DNA of 64,000 bases. It comes from Saccharofermentans sp. GTDB lineage: Bacteria > Bacillota > Clostridia > Saccharofermentanales > Saccharofermentanaceae. The stretch spans positions 15,525 to 79,524 of the forward strand of contig JAZLML010000076.1 in NCBI GenBank assembly GCA_045598625.1, read 5' to 3'. Made by a program: the position numbers and the translations under genes. Below are positions 9,573-20,961 of the stretch, piece by piece. Within the stretch, counting starts at the first letter, position 1. Each line of letters opens with the position of its first letter. Under the pieces are notes generated by a model. That model worked only from the letters and a program-made list of their open reading frames with translations, was not told the origin of the DNA and made no database searches.

Positions 9573-10628
9573 TTATTTAAGTCGTTTAAATCTCTCTATA
9601 TCGTCTTGTGTCAAAGACTTCTTCATGGAAAGACCTTCCTCGATATCGACATCGGTAATCTTGCCGTCACGAACGCAAACAAGTCTGTTAATTCTCTTCT
9701 CGAGAAGACAATCAACCGCATGCTCGGCCATAAGGCTTGCCATTACACGATCTCGCAAAGTAGGGCTTCCGCCTCTCTGAAGGTGACCCAAAATCGTAGG
9801 TCTTGCCTCAATTCCGGTTGCCTTCTCAATTTGTGCGGCAATCTCCGTAGCGGAACCCGCACCCTCGGCAACAATTACGATATAGTGTCTCTTATTCTTA
9901 TTTCTGCAATCGAGAATTACTCTCAAAATATCTCTGTCAAAGTCGAAATCCACTTCAGGAATTACAAGGCACTCGGCACCTGTTGCAATGCCTACGTTTA
10001 ATGCGATATATCCTGCGTGACGACCCATAACCTCGATAACGCTGCAACGCTCGTGAGAAGATGCCGTATCACGAAGCTTATCGATGGCTTCGATGGCCGT
10101 ATTCATGGAAGTATCGTAACCGATTGTATATTCCGTGGAAGCAATATCGTTATCGATAGTGCCCGGAATTCCGACAACCGGAACGCCGAGTCTGGCCAAA
10201 TCTCTTGCGCCCTTAAAGGAACCGTCGCCTCCGATTACTACCAAAGCATCCAAATCGTATACTTTGAGCATTTTCGCGCCCTGCAAAACTCCTTCCGGTG
10301 TCATGAAAGACTTGGAACGGGCGGTCATAAGGAAAGTACCGCCTTTCTGCAAGGTCTCGGATACGTCTCTTGTGGTAATCTGAGAAATCTCACCCTTCCA
10401 AAGACCGTGGTAACCTCTCGTAATACCGAAAACCTCGAGGCCGCTATTAATACCTGCACGAACTACGCCACGTATTGCCGCATTCATACCCGGTGCATCA
10501 CCGCCGCTCGTAAGAACGCCGATGCGCTTAATCTGAGGCAATTCCTCAGGCTTCATATCCTCAGCTTTAACAGCTTTAACTTTTCTGATTTCCGATACGT
10601 TATTCTCATCATATAAAAGGTTAACCAT
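9573..10628 (-). CDS. pfkA: ATP-dependent 6-phosphofructokinase
   Basis: TSGGDAPGMNAA, GGDGS and PGTIDND (ATP-type signature), MGRHAG, GHLQRGG; ~30-aa N-terminal extension. Confidence 0.96.
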   Translation of the reverse strand: MVNLLYDENNVSEIRKVKAVKAEDMKPEELPQIKRIGVLTSGGDAPGMNAAIRGVVRAGINSGLEVFGITRGYHGLWKGEISQITTRDVSETLQKGGTFLMTARSKSFMTPEGVLQGAKMLKVYDLDALVVIGGDGSFKGARDLARLGVPVVGIPGTIDNDIASTEYTIGYDTSMNTAIEAIDKLRDTASSHERCSVIEVMGRHAGYIALNVGIATGAECLVIPEVDFDFDRDILRVILDCRNKNKRHYIVIVAEGAGSATEIAAQIEKATGIEARPTILGHLQRGGSPTLRDRVMASLMAEHAVDCLLEKRINRLVCVRDGKITDVDIEEGLSMKKSLTQDDIERFKRLK

Positions 10629-10662
10629 ATTATTCCATCTCCTGAAAGATTACTGTCAGATA

Positions 10663-13600
10663 TTATAATGCAACGTTATTGTCACCGCAAACATTATGCA
10701 AAATATTTATTACCTCCTGGTCCGTCGATACATTACACTCCTCGGGAAGCCTTATGAGCTTATTTGATTTCGGAATATATATCTTAACAACCCTATTGCC
10801 GTGGAAGAACGCCAAAGTGTTTACGATTCGCTTATACTTTTTATCGCCCTTTTCTCCCGAATATCTTATTATCAGGGCGTTATCAGGATCATTTGAGCGA
10901 ATCATAAGAAGTTCGGAATCTAAATTTTCTTCCGTTAATTCAACCGAAACTTCAGGCGCTTTAAAGGATTCCTGCATCTTAAAACCGGAAGAATAAGACT
11001 TTTCCCTGCTTAAAACCCTATACACAAGCGAATCTTTGGATACTTCCTTCGCGCTTTCCTCATCTGTCGGCATCTCAAGAATTCTGTCTACATAAAGCGA
11101 GAACTCCGTCATGTCGCGAACTCTTCTTTTTCCGACCACCAGATAAGACTTATTGGTAACAAGCATCTGGTTATACTGCTCAAAGATTTTTCCGAAAATC
11201 GCACATTCATACTGTCCGTACAAATCCTCGAAAACCAAAACCGCCATCTGCTGCTTCGACTTTGTGAGCCTTGTCTGCTTTTTCTGAAGCACGCCGCACA
11301 TTATTATGGTCTTATCGTCGTTTATCTCGTCTAATTTCCCGGTTTCCTGATATTCTCTGAAATCATTCATTCCGAAGGTCACGAATCTGTCTATATATTC
11401 GCGGCTCGAATTTAACGGATGACCCGAGATATAAAGACCTATAACGTCCTTCTCGAACTGAAGCTTAACATCCGGCGGATACTCTGCAAAATTTTGTATT
11501 TCTATCTGCCTGCTGTCCGATACGGAAGATTCATTTCCGTCAAGCCCGTCGAAAAGGCTTATCTGACCTTCCATCGAATAGTTTTTACTCTTTAAAAGTT
11601 TATCAAGTTCGGTCTGAACCGCAGCAAACATCGAGGCTCTCGTTAAGCCCGTAAAATCAAGAGCCGAAGAATAAATAAGAGACTCCATCATCTTCTTATT
11701 CATTCCGTCTGCCGATGCTCTTACCAAAAAGTCCGTAAAGTCCTTAAAGGCTCCGTCTCTTTTACGGTCTGAAATAAGAATCGAACAAGCCTGCTCGCCC
11801 ACGTTTTTAATCACGGAAAGACCTATTCTTATGGCACGGGTACCATCCGGCATTTTTTCCGTACAAAACTTCTCGTAACTTTTATTTACATCCGGCGGCA
11901 ATACCTTTATGCCCATCATCTCGCAGCAGCCTATGTACCATGCGGCCTGATCGAGGTTAAATCTGAAAGAATTAAGCATAGAAGCCATAAACTCTGTCGG
12001 ATAGTAATATTTAAGATAAGCCGTGTAGTAACCCACAACCGCATAGCACGCAGCATGCGATTTATTAAATGCATAGCCTGCGAAGTTTGTAACATCACTA
12101 TAAATCTTGTCGGCAACTTCCGCAGGAACGCCTCTATTAACGGCACCCTCAACGATTTTACCGTTATCGCCTTCACCGCCGTAAATAAACTGCTGACGGT
12201 ATTTTTCGATCATGGCACGCTTCTTTTTACTCATGGCACGTCTGATGTTATCGGACTGTCCCATCGAGAAGCCGGCCAAGTCTCGTACTATCTGCATTAC
12301 CTGTTCCTGGTAAACCATACATCCGTAGGTTACGTCCAATATAGGCTCAAGAAGATGATGGTCGTATGTTATTGCCGCACCGCCGTTTTTGCTTTTAACG
12401 TATTTAGGAATCTGATCCATCGGACCCGGTCTATAAAGAGAAATTCCAGCGATGATATCTTCCAGCGAATTCGGCTTTAGGTCCTTCATAAAAGACGTCA
12501 TGCCTTTACTTTCAAGCTGGAACACTCCGATGGTATCGCCGTCGCTTATCATCTTATAAATATTCGGGTCATCAAGCGGAAGCTTATCGTAATTGATATC
12601 GATTCCGTAGTTTTCCTTTACCATTTCCGCAGTATCGCGAAGAACCGTAAGAGTTCTTAAGCCCAGAAAGTCAAACTTCAAAAGGCCCACGCTTTCGACA
12701 TCTGCTTTCGCGAACTGAACCACCGTAGATTCGTCGTTTACCGAAAGAGGCGCAATTTCCGTAATAGGTTTACCGGAAATAATAACGCCTGCCGCGTGTG
12801 TAGACGTATGTCGCGGCATTCCCTCAAGTCGCATCGAATAGTCGACTATGGTTTTTATATTCTCGTCCGTTTCATAGCCGCGCTTTAGTTCAGGACTAAC
12901 TTCCAGAGCTTTCTCGAGTGTCAGATTCATAGCGTTAGGAATCATCTTGGCAACCTTGTCGCCCGTTTCGTAAGGAAGACCCAAAACTCTGGCAACGTCC
13001 CTAACACACATCTTAGGCTGCAAAGTTCCGTAGGTTATAACCTGTGCAACTCTGTCCGTACCGTATTTACGAGTAACGTAATCGATTACTTCCTGGCGTC
13101 TTTCGTAGCAGAAATCCACGTCGAAATCAGGCATTGATACACGCTCGCTGTTAAGGAATCTCTCGAAAACAAGATTATACTTAAGCGGATCCAAATTTGT
13201 AATTCCTATGGCATAAGCCACGAGGGAACCCGCACCCGAACCTCTGCCCGGACCGACAAAAATACCGTGAGACTTGGCATAGAAAATAAAATCCCAAACG
13301 ATAAGATAGTAATCCGTATAGCCCATATTATTGATTACGGAAAGCTCGTATTCGGCTCTGGCCTTATAATCCTCATAAGAAACCGCCGCACGTCCGTCCT
13401 CAAAAAGCTTATCGATTCCCTTAAAGCACAAGTAGTTTAAGTATTCCTTGTTATCATTAAAACCTTCCGGGATATCAAATTCCGGCAAATGAATCGTATT
13501 AAAATCGTACTCCGCCTTACACATCGACGCAATCTTTACAGTGTTCTCCAAAGCCTCCGGAATATCGGAGAAAAATCTTCTCATCTCACTCTCGGATTTT

Positions 13601-14367
13601 ACATAGAAGTCATCTGTCGACATTCTCATCCTGTCCGTGTCCGTTATCTTGGAACCTGTCTGCATACAAAGTAAAACATCGTGAGCCTTGGAATCCTCGC
13701 GCTTTAAATAGTGGCAGTCGTTGGTTGCAACAAGCGGTATTCCCGTATTTCTCGACATACGAATAAGTGCTGCGTTAACTTCCGCCTGCTCGGGCATCGT
13801 ATTGCTCTGAATCTCGAGATAATACTTACCCCTTCCGAAAAGGTTATCAAACCACAAAGCCGTCTCTTCAGCCTTCTTTAAATCCCTGTTCAAAATATGG
13901 GACGACACCTCGCCCGCGATGCATGCCGAAAGGCAGATTAAACCTTCGTGATACTTCTCAAGTAGCTCCTTATCGATTCTCGGTTTCTTATAAAAACCTT
14001 CCGTAAAGCCCGCAGAACAAAGCTTATTTAAGTTCTTTAAGCCTTCATTGTTTTCGGCCAGCAAAATAAGGTGGTGGTAGGCTCTTTTATCACCCGTATA
14101 TTCCCTGTTAAATCTGGAATCCGGAGCAACATAAACCTCACATCCGATAATCGGATGAAGTCCCTTCTCCTTCATCTTTTTGTAGAAATCCACGGTTCCG
14201 TACATAACGCCGTGATCGGTTATGGCACATGAAGACATTCCCATCTCAAGAAGTCTGTCCGGCAAATCCTTAAGTCTTACGGCTCCGTCCAAAAGGCTAT
14301 ACTCCGTGTGCAGATGAAGATGAACAAAACCGCTTTTCTGAGCCAAAAATTCCCCGTTCATTATCAC
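10663..14367 (-). CDS. dnaE: DNA polymerase III alpha subunit
   Basis: [13 protein letters not shown] (PHP), [24 protein letters not shown]. Confidence 0.98.
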   Translation of the reverse strand: MIMNGEFLAQKSGFVHLHLHTEYSLLDGAVRLKDLPDRLLEMGMSSCAITDHGVMYGTVDFYKKMKEKGLHPIIGCEVYVAPDSRFNREYTGDKRAYHHLILLAENNEGLKNLNKLCSAGFTEGFYKKPRIDKELLEKYHEGLICLSACIAGEVSSHILNRDLKKAEETALWFDNLFGRGKYYLEIQSNTMPEQAEVNAALIRMSRNTGIPLVATNDCHYLKREDSKAHDVLLCMQTGSKITDTDRMRMSTDDFYVKSESEMRRFFSDIPEALENTVKIASMCKAEYDFNTIHLPEFDIPEGFNDNKEYLNYLCFKGIDKLFEDGRAAVSYEDYKARAEYELSVINNMGYTDYYLIVWDFIFYAKSHGIFVGPGRGSGAGSLVAYAIGITNLDPLKYNLVFERFLNSERVSMPDFDVDFCYERRQEVIDYVTRKYGTDRVAQVITYGTLQPKMCVRDVARVLGLPYETGDKVAKMIPNAMNLTLEKALEVSPELKRGYETDENIKTIVDYSMRLEGMPRHTSTHAAGVIISGKPITEIAPLSVNDESTVVQFAKADVESVGLLKFDFLGLRTLTVLRDTAEMVKENYGIDINYDKLPLDDPNIYKMISDGDTIGVFQLESKGMTSFMKDLKPNSLEDIIAGISLYRPGPMDQIPKYVKSKNGGAAITYDHHLLEPILDVTYGCMVYQEQVMQIVRDLAGFSMGQSDNIRRAMSKKKRAMIEKYRQQFIYGGEGDNGKIVEGAVNRGVPAEVADKIYSDVTNFAGYAFNKSHAACYAVVGYYTAYLKYYYPTEFMASMLNSFRFNLDQAAWYIGCCEMMGIKVLPPDVNKSYEKFCTEKMPDGTRAIRIGLSVIKNVGEQACSILISDRKRDGAFKDFTDFLVRASADGMNKKMMESLIYSSALDFTGLTRASMFAAVQTELDKLLKSKNYSMEGQISLFDGLDGNESSVSDSRQIEIQNFAEYPPDVKLQFEKDVIGLYISGHPLNSSREYIDRFVTFGMNDFREYQETGKLDEINDDKTIIMCGVLQKKQTRLTKSKQQMAVLVFEDLYGQYECAIFGKIFEQYNQMLVTNKSYLVVGKRRVRDMTEFSLYVDRILEMPTDEESAKEVSKDSLVYRVLSREKSYSSGFKMQESFKAPEVSVELTEENLDSELLMIRSNDPDNALIIRYSGEKGDKKYKRIVNTLAFFHGNRVVKIYIPKSNKLIRLPEECNVSTDQEVINILHNVCGDNNVAL

Positions 14368-16361
14368 ACCTCGTCGCTTTTGAGCGAAATAATCATGTCA
14401 CGCAGCTTGGCAGCCGTCTCGAATTCGAGATTTTTCGCTGCTTTAAGCATTTCCTTCTCAAGATTTGCAATAAGCTTCTCTTTCTCTTTACCCGTAACCT
14501 TGGTCTTCTCTCCGGATGTAAGTTTGCCTGCGACATCTTTTCCTGCACCTAAATCCTTGGCAGCATCTTCCGCAATATCGAAAACATCCCTGATTTCCTT
14601 CTTTACGGTCTTCGGTACAATACCGTGCTTCTCGTTATAGGCTTTCTGAATTTCTCTTCTTCTGTTGGTTTCAGATACCGCTCCCATAATGGAATCGGTT
14701 ATCTCGTCCGCATATAAAACAACACGACCTTCACTGTTTCTTGCACATCGTCCGATAATCTGAATCAAAGAACGCTCGGATCTTAAGAAACCTTCCTTGT
14801 CCGCATCCAAAATCATAAGAAGCGAAACTTCCGGTAAATCGATACCTTCTCTTAAAAGGTTAATTCCTACTATGCAATCGTACTTACCGATTCTTAAATC
14901 CTTCAATATCTTCATTCTGTCAACCGTATCGATATCAGAGTGAAGATAAGCAACCTTAATATCCTCTTTTTTAAGAAATTCGGTCAAATCCTCAGCCATT
15001 TTCTTGGTTAAAGTCATAATGAGACTTCTGTTACCCTTGGCTGTATTTTCCTTAAGTCTTTCAAGCACATCGTCAATTTGCCCCTCTATCGGATGCATAA
15101 TGATTTCAGGCTCCAAAAGACCCGTAGGTCTTATTATTTGCTCAACGATTCTTTCGCTGTGCTTCTTCTCGTAATCGGCAGGCGTTGCGGAAACATAAAT
15201 CGTTCTGCCGTGTTTCTTCTCGAATTCCTCGAATTTCAGCGGTCTGTTATCATAAGCCGAAGGAAGCCTGTAGCCGTAATTTACAAGCATATCTTTACGA
15301 GATCTGTCACCGTTATACATAGCTCCGACCTGCGGAACCGTAACATGCGACTCATCGATTAAAAGCAGAAAATCCTCCGGAAAAAAGTCCAACAGAGTGC
15401 ACGGCGGCTCTCCTTCCTTACGTCCCGAAATATGTCTCGAATAGTTCTCGATGCCTTTACAAAAGCCCGTCTCATTAAGCATCTCGATGTCATATCTTGT
15501 TCTTTGCTCAAGCCTATAAGCTTCCAAGACCTTACCTTCGTCACGAAGCTTTGGCACATAAAAGTCCAGTTCTTTCTCGATGGATTCTATAGCCTTCATA
15601 AGCTTCTCGCGACCTGTCGCATAGTGAGATGCCGGGAAAATTTCCACGAAAGACTTCGTCCACATAACTTTGCCCGTAATATGGTGTATAAACGATATTT
15701 TCTCTATCTCATCACCGAAAAAGCTGATTCTGGTAACCGCTTCCTCCGAATCCGGAGTAAAAATATCCAAAACGTCACCCTTTGCCCTGAAAGTACCTCT
15801 GGTAAGTTCTATCTCGTTTCGCTCATACTGGATATTGATAAGTTGAGCCATTACTTCGTCTCTGGATATTTCCATACCGACACGAAGCATAACCATAAGA
15901 GAAAGATAGTCTTCTTTCTCACCGATACCGTAAATACAGGAAACCGAGGATACAACTATTACATCGTCTCTGGTAAGAAGCGACCTTGTTGCGCAATGTC
16001 GCATTCTGTCTATCTCGTCGTTTATTGCACTGTCCTTCTCGATATAGGTATCGGTTTCAGCAATATAAGCCTCAGGCTGGTAGTAGTCATAGTAGGATAC
16101 GAAATACTCTACAGCATTATTCGGAAACAGTTCCTTAAATTCACTGTAAAGCTGTCCCGCCAAGGTTTTGTTATGTGCCAAAACCAGAGTCGGGCGGTTA
16201 ATTCTTTCTATAACGTTCGCCATGGTAAAAGTTTTACCTGAACCTGTTACACCCATCAAAACCTGACCTTTATCGCCCGCGTTAAGACCTGCGACAAGTT
16301 TATCTATCGCCTGCGGTTGATCCCCTGTCGGTTTGTACTGTGATACCAATTCGAAAGGCAT
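14364..16361 (-). CDS. uvrB: Excinuclease ABC subunit B
   Basis: [30 protein letters not shown]-terminal UVR coil. Confidence 0.98.
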   Translation of the reverse strand: MPFELVSQYKPTGDQPQAIDKLVAGLNAGDKGQVLMGVTGSGKTFTMANVIERINRPTLVLAHNKTLAGQLYSEFKELFPNNAVEYFVSYYDYYQPEAYIAETDTYIEKDSAINDEIDRMRHCATRSLLTRDDVIVVSSVSCIYGIGEKEDYLSLMVMLRVGMEISRDEVMAQLINIQYERNEIELTRGTFRAKGDVLDIFTPDSEEAVTRISFFGDEIEKISFIHHITGKVMWTKSFVEIFPASHYATGREKLMKAIESIEKELDFYVPKLRDEGKVLEAYRLEQRTRYDIEMLNETGFCKGIENYSRHISGRKEGEPPCTLLDFFPEDFLLLIDESHVTVPQVGAMYNGDRSRKDMLVNYGYRLPSAYDNRPLKFEEFEKKHGRTIYVSATPADYEKKHSERIVEQIIRPTGLLEPEIIMHPIEGQIDDVLERLKENTAKGNRSLIMTLTKKMAEDLTEFLKKEDIKVAYLHSDIDTVDRMKILKDLRIGKYDCIVGINLLREGIDLPEVSLLMILDADKEGFLRSERSLIQIIGRCARNSEGRVVLYADEITDSIMGAVSETNRRREIQKAYNEKHGIVPKTVKKEIRDVFDIAEDAAKDLGAGKDVAGKLTSGEKTKVTGKEKEKLIANLEKEMLKAAKNLEFETAAKLRDMIISLKSDEV

Positions 16362-16364
16362 TTT

Positions 16365-17102
16365 TTACTCCGTGAAATCAGGATTAAAACTTGGCATCAA
16401 TTCAAGCTTAAAGAGATTTCTCTTGTGAAGAGTATCGATTCTCTCCTTCTTGGCCTGATCTTCGATTACGCCTTCTCTTATATACTTATCAAGCTCTGCA
16501 TATGTAAATCCGAGGTTATCTTCGTCCGTCTTACCGCAAAGTCCGTCTATCGGTACCTTATCAACCAAAATACTCGGAAGACCGCAAACACGGCCGATTT
16601 CTTTCACTTCCTGAACGGTAAGGTGCGAACAAGGCGAGAAATCGCCTACGGAATCACCGTATCTTGTGGAATAACCTACCCAGTCCTCGGAAAGGTTACA
16701 GGTATTTGCAACACGGCCGTTTACGCTCTGTGAAACGGCATAAAGCGTTGTCATACGAATTCTCGGAGGAAGGTTTGTCGTTGACTGAACCGAAAGTTCC
16801 AAATCATAAGGCATACTCTTCTTTAAAGCCTCGAGACATTCCTTAATATTTACAACATAATGCTTAATTCCCAAATGATTTACCAAAAGATAAGCCATAT
16901 CGATATCATGCTGCTCACCGCAAGGCATAAGAACTCCGATTACTCGATCCTTACCCAAAGCCTCAACGCACAAAGCTGCAACTACGGAGCTGTCTTTACC
17001 GCCGGAAATACCTACAACTGCATTGCAGTCAGGTCCGTTAGCGGCAAAAAAATCACGAATCCAGGCTACACACTGATCCTTTACTTTAACTGCATCAAAC
17101 AT
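16365..17102 (-). CDS. nadE: NH3-dependent NAD+ synthetase
   Basis: GISGGKDSS, N..PRIRMTTLY, GYSTRYGD; no glutaminase domain. Confidence 0.93.
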   Translation of the reverse strand: MFDAVKVKDQCVAWIRDFFAANGPDCNAVVGISGGKDSSVVAALCVEALGKDRVIGVLMPCGEQHDIDMAYLLVNHLGIKHYVVNIKECLEALKKSMPYDLELSVQSTTNLPPRIRMTTLYAVSQSVNGRVANTCNLSEDWVGYSTRYGDSVGDFSPCSHLTVQEVKEIGRVCGLPSILVDKVPIDGLCGKTDEDNLGFTYAELDKYIREGVIEDQAKKERIDTLHKRNLFKLELMPSFNPDFTE

Positions 17103-17120
17103 ATAAACACCTCTTAAATC

Positions 17121-17645
17121 TTAAATAATATCAATCTGACAGCATGCCATTGTTTCAAGGGCCGCCTTATGAGTAGCAGGAGAAACACCCGCACAGCAGG
17201 ATGCTTTAACGCTTATATCGTTCTCAGGGAAATTGGCCTTAAGCATTAATGCGTTAGATACAACGCAAATATCCGTGCAAAGACCGATTAATTCTACGGA
17301 GAACTTTTCTCCGGCTGCATCATCTGCAATAAGCTTCGGTAAATCGACCGAACCGAATGTGTATTTAATTACTTCGGTATAGTCTTTACCTTCCAAAGCT
17401 TCGGCGATTTTATCGTGAAGTTTATGTCCGTCGGTTCCTTTTATACAGTGCTCGACAGGAAGCTTTTTACCTTCCGAAGTCTCAAGATAGTTCTCGAAAT
17501 GTGTATCGTAAGTAACGAAAATCTTACCGTCAAAAGCCTTGATTTCATCCGAAGCGGCATCAAGAATCTCAATTGCTTCAGGGGTTCCCAAAGAACCTGT
17601 CGTGAAATCCTTCTGAATATCAACTACCACCAAATACTTCTTCAT
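17121..17645 (-). CDS. pncA: Nicotinamidase / isochorismatase-family hydrolase
   Basis: VVVDIQKDF, DTH, HCIKGT, KYTFGS, GLCTDICV; start moved to ATG 17645; adjacent to nadE. Confidence 0.85.
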   Translation of the reverse strand: MKKYLVVVDIQKDFTTGSLGTPEAIEILDAASDEIKAFDGKIFVTYDTHFENYLETSEGKKLPVEHCIKGTDGHKLHDKIAEALEGKDYTEVIKYTFGSVDLPKLIADDAAGEKFSVELIGLCTDICVVSNALMLKANFPENDISVKASCCAGVSPATHKAALETMACCQIDII

Positions 17646-17774
17646 ATTCTTACTCCTTATTCTGTTTTTTCCTAACCTTAATATTATACAACGAACGTTT
17701 GTTTTATACCACCTGAGACTATAGGTAAGAAACATCCCGTTAAAAAGAGCTTTTTCGAGCAAGCGGATTCGTAC

Positions 17775-17815
17775 AAAAAGAAAAAGGCTGCCTCCGACAA
17801 TTAACGAAGACAGCC
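17775..17815 (-). terminator. Intrinsic terminator after ABC permease
   Basis: GGCTGCCTCCG-N8-CGAAGACAGCC with an A-tract on the left (U-tract on minus). Confidence 0.7.
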
Positions 17816-17837
17816 ATAAATCCGTGATAATATTAAA

Positions 17838-19466
17838 TTACTTGTAAGCTTCCATATTGTCCAAAAGCTTTCCCGAAAAAGCGAAAAGGATCAATGTGAT
17901 TAAAGAAATAGAGCCCGTAAATATCAACATAATTCCTGCCAAGCTTATATCACATACGATTGCGCATATAACTGCAGGTACTGCACTGATTCCGAGATAG
18001 ACATAAATCATGAGGTAACGTAACATCATAAGACCCGTCTTACCGAGATTTTTGAATATTCTTACGGAATAAAGTGACGTTAAGATGCAAAGGAAATCAA
18101 AGATGAATGAGTAAAGGAACATTACCAAAACCAAAGGAATTTCCACCGTTCCGCCCTTGAGATAAAGTCCGACAGCTACGGCAACAGAAGCCAATACCGA
18201 GTTAAAAACGATTTCCGGAACGAAAGCCAATATTGCGTAGAAAAGTTTAGTGGAAGACTTCTCAGGAATAAGGAAGATATAAGGCTTTGTATATTCCGAT
18301 ATAATTCGTCCGCCTGCAAAAACTGCACTGTCAAGCAATGAGAACATCAATACAGCCATAAAAATATATGAACGGCTGTCATTAAACGTTTCATTTCCCG
18401 TCGACAAGAACAGGTATACAACTGCCATAACTTTAAACATAATTGTAAGCGGATTTACGAAGAACAATTTTGAGGTTCTCTTGTTCTCAAAAAGGTGCTT
18501 ATGGAAAAATACGCTCGCACCGCTTCCCTTCTTAAAGGCCTCGTTTCCGACGGTAATATTTTTTCTTGTTACGGAAGTACTCTCGTCGTTGATTCCGGCT
18601 TTCTTTGCAGCCATTATTTCTTCGATTCGCTGAGCGCTCTCAATTGCTGCCTCATAGTAATCCAAGTTCGAGTTGTAAAGAAGAATGAAAAGGAATACTA
18701 CAAATGCGATTGTAAGTGCAATACCCAATATAAGGATGAAAACGTTATTGTTGTAGGCACCGTCGAAAATAAACGAATACCATCCGGCACCCGGAATAAG
18801 CTTAACCCAAAAACTTCCGAATACGGAAACTACTATGTTTACGACACCTGAATGAAGGAATTCGGATACGGAAGCATAGTTGGCAGATGCTGTAAGGAAT
18901 GCTACTGCGATAAACACTACATCAATTGCTACTACCGTCCAAATTACCCTGTCACGAACCTTCTTGTCGTTACAGCATTTTGCACTGATAAACTGCGATA
19001 CTACGCTTGCTATTACGATTAAGAAGAACAAACTCAACACAAGGAACAGCGCATCTTTGGCACCTGTAACCAGAAACTCCGAAAGAATACCCATCTGGCA
19101 ACAGATAACAAACATAAAGTAAACGCCGATGGCAGCTGCCGTAACTACCATATGAATAATGTTAAACCTCGGAGTAAACGGACCCGCGAGATAAAAATTT
19201 ACGTCAGCCGTCGAGAAACCCAAATTACCCGAAGACAAACCGTTTATTACCATGTATGTGAAAACAACCACTGCGAATAATGTAAAGAACGCAGCGATGG
19301 CTGCAGGATTTCTGACCTTATCGGAATCTTGTGCAATCAATTCCGAACAAATGATCATTATCGTGCACAAAGCTAAGCCGAGTATGCATAATACTACGTT
19401 GGACTTTTTCTTCGTAAAACTCTTAAGAGTCTGATAGCAAAATGTTCTAAACATATCAAGCCTCAC
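17838..19466 (-). CDS. Putative ABC exporter permease (multi-pass membrane protein)
   Basis: 542 aa, about 12 hydrophobic segments, overlaps the ABC ATPase gene. Confidence 0.8.
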   Translation of the reverse strand: MRLDMFRTFCYQTLKSFTKKKSNVVLCILGLALCTIMIICSELIAQDSDKVRNPAAIAAFFTLFAVVVFTYMVINGLSSGNLGFSTADVNFYLAGPFTPRFNIIHMVVTAAAIGVYFMFVICCQMGILSEFLVTGAKDALFLVLSLFFLIVIASVVSQFISAKCCNDKKVRDRVIWTVVAIDVVFIAVAFLTASANYASVSEFLHSGVVNIVVSVFGSFWVKLIPGAGWYSFIFDGAYNNNVFILILGIALTIAFVVFLFILLYNSNLDYYEAAIESAQRIEEIMAAKKAGINDESTSVTRKNITVGNEAFKKGSGASVFFHKHLFENKRTSKLFFVNPLTIMFKVMAVVYLFLSTGNETFNDSRSYIFMAVLMFSLLDSAVFAGGRIISEYTKPYIFLIPEKSSTKLFYAILAFVPEIVFNSVLASVAVAVGLYLKGGTVEIPLVLVMFLYSFIFDFLCILTSLYSVRIFKNLGKTGLMMLRYLMIYVYLGISAVPAVICAIVCDISLAGIMLIFTGSISLITLILFAFSGKLLDNMEAYK

Positions 19467-20154
19467 TGCCTTCCGTTATTCTGAAGAAAATATCTTCGAG
19501 GCTCTCACCGTCGGAATTGTTTCTGTGCTTCTCGGCTACTACTCTTCCTGCCTGCATGATGTATACCGTATCCCATACGTCGGCAATGGTATCAATCATG
19601 TGTGTTGATATGATAACTGTCTTTTTCTGAGCCTTAAGTTCGTAGAAGATTTCCTTAAGTACCTTAATGGCATGCGGATCGAGACCTACCATCGGCTCAT
19701 CGAAAATAACCACCTCAGGATCAGGCAGGAGTGCGCAGCAAATCGAAAGCTTCTGCTGCATACCCTTTGAAAGCTCCTTTGCCAACTTCTTCTTGTTTTC
19801 GAGCATCTCAAAACGCTCGAGGAGCATATCTGCTCTTTCTTCCCAATTCTCCAACTTATAAGCTCTTCTTATGAATTCCAAATGCTCCTGTACCGTGAGC
19901 AAATCGTAAAGTGCAGGAATTTCAGGTATGTAACCCAGTTTTCTTTTAGCTTCGATACTTCTGTTCGGAAGTCCGCAAACCTCGATATCTCCCTCGTACT
20001 TAAGAAGTCCTACCGCGGACTTTATAAGAGTTGATTTACCGGCACCGTTAGGTCCGAGCAAAATTCCGATTTCGCCGTCGTTCAATGTCATTGAAACATC
20101 GTTATTGGCAGCGACCTTTCCGTATTTTTTAGTAACATTTTTTACTGTGAGCAT
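19456..20154 (-). CDS. ABC transporter ATP-binding protein
   Basis: GPNGAGKS, LSKGMQQK, FDEP, H-loop STH. Confidence 0.96.
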   Translation of the reverse strand: MLTVKNVTKKYGKVAANNDVSMTLNDGEIGILLGPNGAGKSTLIKSAVGLLKYEGDIEVCGLPNRSIEAKRKLGYIPEIPALYDLLTVQEHLEFIRRAYKLENWEERADMLLERFEMLENKKKLAKELSKGMQQKLSICCALLPDPEVVIFDEPMVGLDPHAIKVLKEIFYELKAQKKTVIISTHMIDTIADVWDTVYIMQAGRVVAEKHRNNSDGESLEDIFFRITEGSEA

Positions 20155-20236
20155 ACATTTCTCCCCCCTTTGACGAAATCATAATACCTATGAATAGTAA
20201 AACGGGGGTTATGTAAAGTTAAAGAAAGTATAAAGA

Positions 20237-20689
20237 TTAGTGAACTATCTCGTCTGAATCCATCATTACGGTAAATGGACCGTCATTAAGAAGGCTTACC
20301 TTCATATCTGCACCGAATATTCCGGCCTCGGGTTTAAATCCGGCTTTTTCCGTCAGTTCTTTTACATATTCGTAAAGTTCGTTTGCCGCCTGAGGCTTTC
20401 CGGCCTTGATAAACGAAGGTCGATTGCCGTGGCTCATATCGGCATACAAAGTAAACTGGGATATTTCCATTATCTGACCATCTACATCTGCTACGGAAAG
20501 GTTTGTTTTTCCCTCGCCGTCCTCGAAAATCCTAAGCTTAATAAGCTTATCTACCATCTTTTGTGCAATTTCTTTTGTATCGGTGTCCGAAATTCCGACC
20601 AGCACAAGAAGACCCGGGCCTATTTTGCCCGTAACCTCACCTTCAACCGATACTTCGGCAGATTTTACTCTCTGTACAAGAAATCTCAA
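20237..20689 (-). CDS. dtd: D-aminoacyl-tRNA deacylase
   Basis: LVQRV, SQFTL, RPSF, FGADM, NDGPFT; TTG start at 20689 overlapping the upstream TGA. Confidence 0.95.
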   Translation of the reverse strand: MRFLVQRVKSAEVSVEGEVTGKIGPGLLVLVGISDTDTKEIAQKMVDKLIKLRIFEDGEGKTNLSVADVDGQIMEISQFTLYADMSHGNRPSFIKAGKPQAANELYEYVKELTEKAGFKPEAGIFGADMKVSLLNDGPFTVMMDSDEIVH

Positions 20690-20949
20690 TTTTTGCCTTC
20701 CTCTTCGTTTGCTGCGGCACGAACTGCCTTTGCGAACTGATCGGCGCATGATGTCGATTTAAAACCGCATGTATTTCCCGAAAGTTTTGCTTCGATTTCG
20801 TCAGCCGTCATGCCGTCACACAAAATTGCGATAGCCTTGAGGTTGCCGTTACAACCTCCGATAAACTCGATATTGGTTACGACCGAGTTATTAATGTCAA
20901 AATTAATCTGCATGGAACAAACTCCGCGCGGTTGATATGAATATCTCAT
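20686..20949 (-). CDS. TIGR03905-like TSCPD-domain small protein
   Basis: GVCS, GGCNGN, CGFKSTSCADQ Cys pattern. Confidence 0.85.
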   Translation of the reverse strand: MRYSYQPRGVCSMQINFDINNSVVTNIEFIGGCNGNLKAIAILCDGMTADEIEAKLSGNTCGFKSTSCADQFAKAVRAAANEEEGKN

Positions 20950-20961
20950 AATGTTTCTCCT

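Noticed and set aside
1-14367. Inteins or introns in dnaB/dnaE
   Set aside because: Catalytic motifs are contiguous and lengths ordinary; no Hint or LAGLIDADG signatures.
17646-17762. N-terminal extensions called on pncA (also dtd, metG, ylxR, HPr, istA)
   Set aside because: ORF-caller longest-start artefacts; homology begins at downstream starts, most with a clear RBS.
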